Assembly (NCBI GenBank): GCA_040005235.1
Contig: JBDTZG010000092.1
Coordinates: 1-16,257 of the forward strand
Direction of reading: 5' to 3'
DNA: 16,257 nt
Origin: Acidobacteriota bacterium
Lineage (GTDB): Bacteria > Acidobacteriota > Thermoanaerobaculia > Multivoradales > UBA5704
Shown: positions 15,214 to 16,257 of the stretch, piece by piece
How positions within the stretch are numbered: position 1 is the first letter of the stretch
Layout of the letters: each line of letters begins with the position of its first letter
Notes under the pieces: generated by a model
Told to the model about the DNA's origin: nothing
Seen by the model: only the letters and a program-made list of their open reading frames with translations
Database searches by the model: none
Made by a program: the position numbers and the translations under genes

Positions 15214-15834
15214 CTAGCGCTCGGCCGGTGCCCGTAGGGCCTCGATCGTAATCGTCACCTTCACCTCGTCGCCAAGCAGCGCGCCGGCCCCTTCGAGCAC
15301 CCGGTTCCAGGTGATTCCATAATCCTTGCGGTCGAGGGTGAACGCCGTCTCGAAACCGATCCGCTCCCCCTGCGGCGTCCGGACCAGGCCGAGCAGGGTG
15401 ACCGGCAGAGTGACGCGTCGGACCACCCCGTGGATCGACAGGTCGCCGGTCACTTCGAACCGGGTCGCTTCCAGCGCCCGCACGCCGGTGGTGGCAAACG
15501 TCAGCTCGGGGAACCGCGCGGCGTCGAAGAAGTCGGCCGAGCGTAGGTGGGCGTCCCGATCGTCGTTGTCGGTGTCGATCGACGCCGCCTTCACGCGAAA
15601 CTCGACGCTCGACCGCGAGGGGTCGTCGCGGTCGTAGCGCAGCGTGGCGGAAAAATCGCGAAACCGGCCCGGCACCGGCGTGACGAAATGCCGCACCGAA
15701 AATCCGACCGAGCTGTGGTCGAGATCGGCATGGTAGATCGCCGGAGCTGGAGCGGGCGGCGCCTGGGCCCCCACGCCGACCCCGCCGAGGAGAAACAGGC
15801 CGATGACCGCGACATAGAGTCTTGGAGCCGCCAT
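15214..15834 (-). CDS. YceI family lipid/polyisoprenoid-binding protein with signal peptide
   Basis: DLDHSSVGFSVRH, GRFRDFSA, AASIDTDNDDRDAHLRSADFFDAARFPELTF, VTGDLSIHGV, LDRKDYGITWN, LGDEVKVTITIEA. Confidence 0.93.
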   Translation of the reverse strand: MAAPRLYVAVIGLFLLGGVGVGAQAPPAPAPAIYHADLDHSSVGFSVRHFVTPVPGRFRDFSATLRYDRDDPSRSSVEFRVKAASIDTDNDDRDAHLRSADFFDAARFPELTFATTGVRALEATRFEVTGDLSIHGVVRRVTLPVTLLGLVRTPQGERIGFETAFTLDRKDYGITWNRVLEGAGALLGDEVKVTITIEALRAPAER

Positions 15835-15842
15835 CCCGCTCC

Positions 15843-16257
15843 CTAGACCGAAAGCGCGAACGGTTTTTCCGCGTCGATCCCAAGCTCGGCGATCGCCCGC
15901 CCCGGCAGGTCGGCCGCGACGTCGCCGCGCAACGCGAGCTGAGACAGGGCGGCCACCACCACCGCCTCGGCGTCGACCTCGAAGAAACGGCGCAGTGCCT
16001 CGCGCGTGTCGCTCCGGCCGAAACCGTCGGTGCCGAGCGCGTCGAGCCGCCCGGCCAGCCAGCGGGCGATCTGATCGGGCACGATCCGCATGTAGTCCGA
16101 CACCGCGACGATCGGCCCGGGCTCGTGTTCGAGCAGCGAGACGACGTACGGTTTCCGCGCCGGCTGGTCGGGGTGGAGCATGCTCCAGCGCTCCGCTTCG
16201 AGCGCTTCGCGGCGCAGCTCTTTGTAGCTGGTGGCGCTCCAGACGTCGGCCGCCACG
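15843..16257 (-). CDS. aceE: Pyruvate dehydrogenase E1 component (homodimeric AceE type), C-terminal fragment
   Basis: ADVWSATSYKELRREA, PIVAVSDYMR...DQIARW, LGTDGFGRSDTREALRRFFEVDA match the AceE C-terminus; the gene runs off the window edge. Confidence 0.92.
   Translation of the reverse strand, partial: VAADVWSATSYKELRREALEAERWSMLHPDQPARKPYVVSLLEHEPGPIVAVSDYMRIVPDQIARWLAGRLDALGTDGFGRSDTREALRRFFEVDAEAVVVAALSQLALRGDVAADLPGRAIAELGIDAEKPFALSV

Noticed and set aside
13812-15883. Long N-terminal extensions of the anti-sigma (from 15131) and sigma (from 15883) ORFs
   Set aside because: They overlap real genes in other frames and are Arg/Pro-rich shadow translations; better starts exist at 14618 and 15199.

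Overview
GC-rich bacterial chromosomal window. The gene styles (a C-terminal 'PCRxxDTR...CGVP...RANN' domain, and a signal peptide-TPR-CHAT gene next to an ECF sigma/anti-sigma pair) suggest Acidobacteriota, probably Thermoanaerobaculia; this is an inference. The left half holds a partial tRNA-Gly(GCC) with a near-consensus sigma70 promoter, a truncated alpha/beta-hydrolase, a large secreted protein, a Cys-rich protein, a receiver-like/DUF4388-like/degenerate DegV fusion, an EEP phosphoesterase, a DipZ-like redoxin, an EamA transporter and mtgA. The right end holds yceI and the 3' end of aceE. Between mtgA and yceI (8663-15199, minus strand) is a six-gene cassette: ECF sigma factor, zinc-binding membrane anti-sigma, exported TPR-CHAT protease, small basic protein A, cytoplasmic C25/gingipain-like protease, small basic protein B. 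The key observation is that each protease gene is followed by the same non-coding architecture: stop codon, ACGA, CTCAACG-N13-GGTGTCTTT (ECF-promoter-like), a GAGCCGGGCG...CGGCGC hairpin, a strong Shine-Dalgarno, and then a small Lys/Pro-rich PPKK-containing ORF. A third near-copy of the motif lies inside the sigma gene. I read this as a candidate CRISPR-free, protease-gated sigma-factor cascade with its own regulon. All protein calls come from recognising motifs by eye; no database searches were run.
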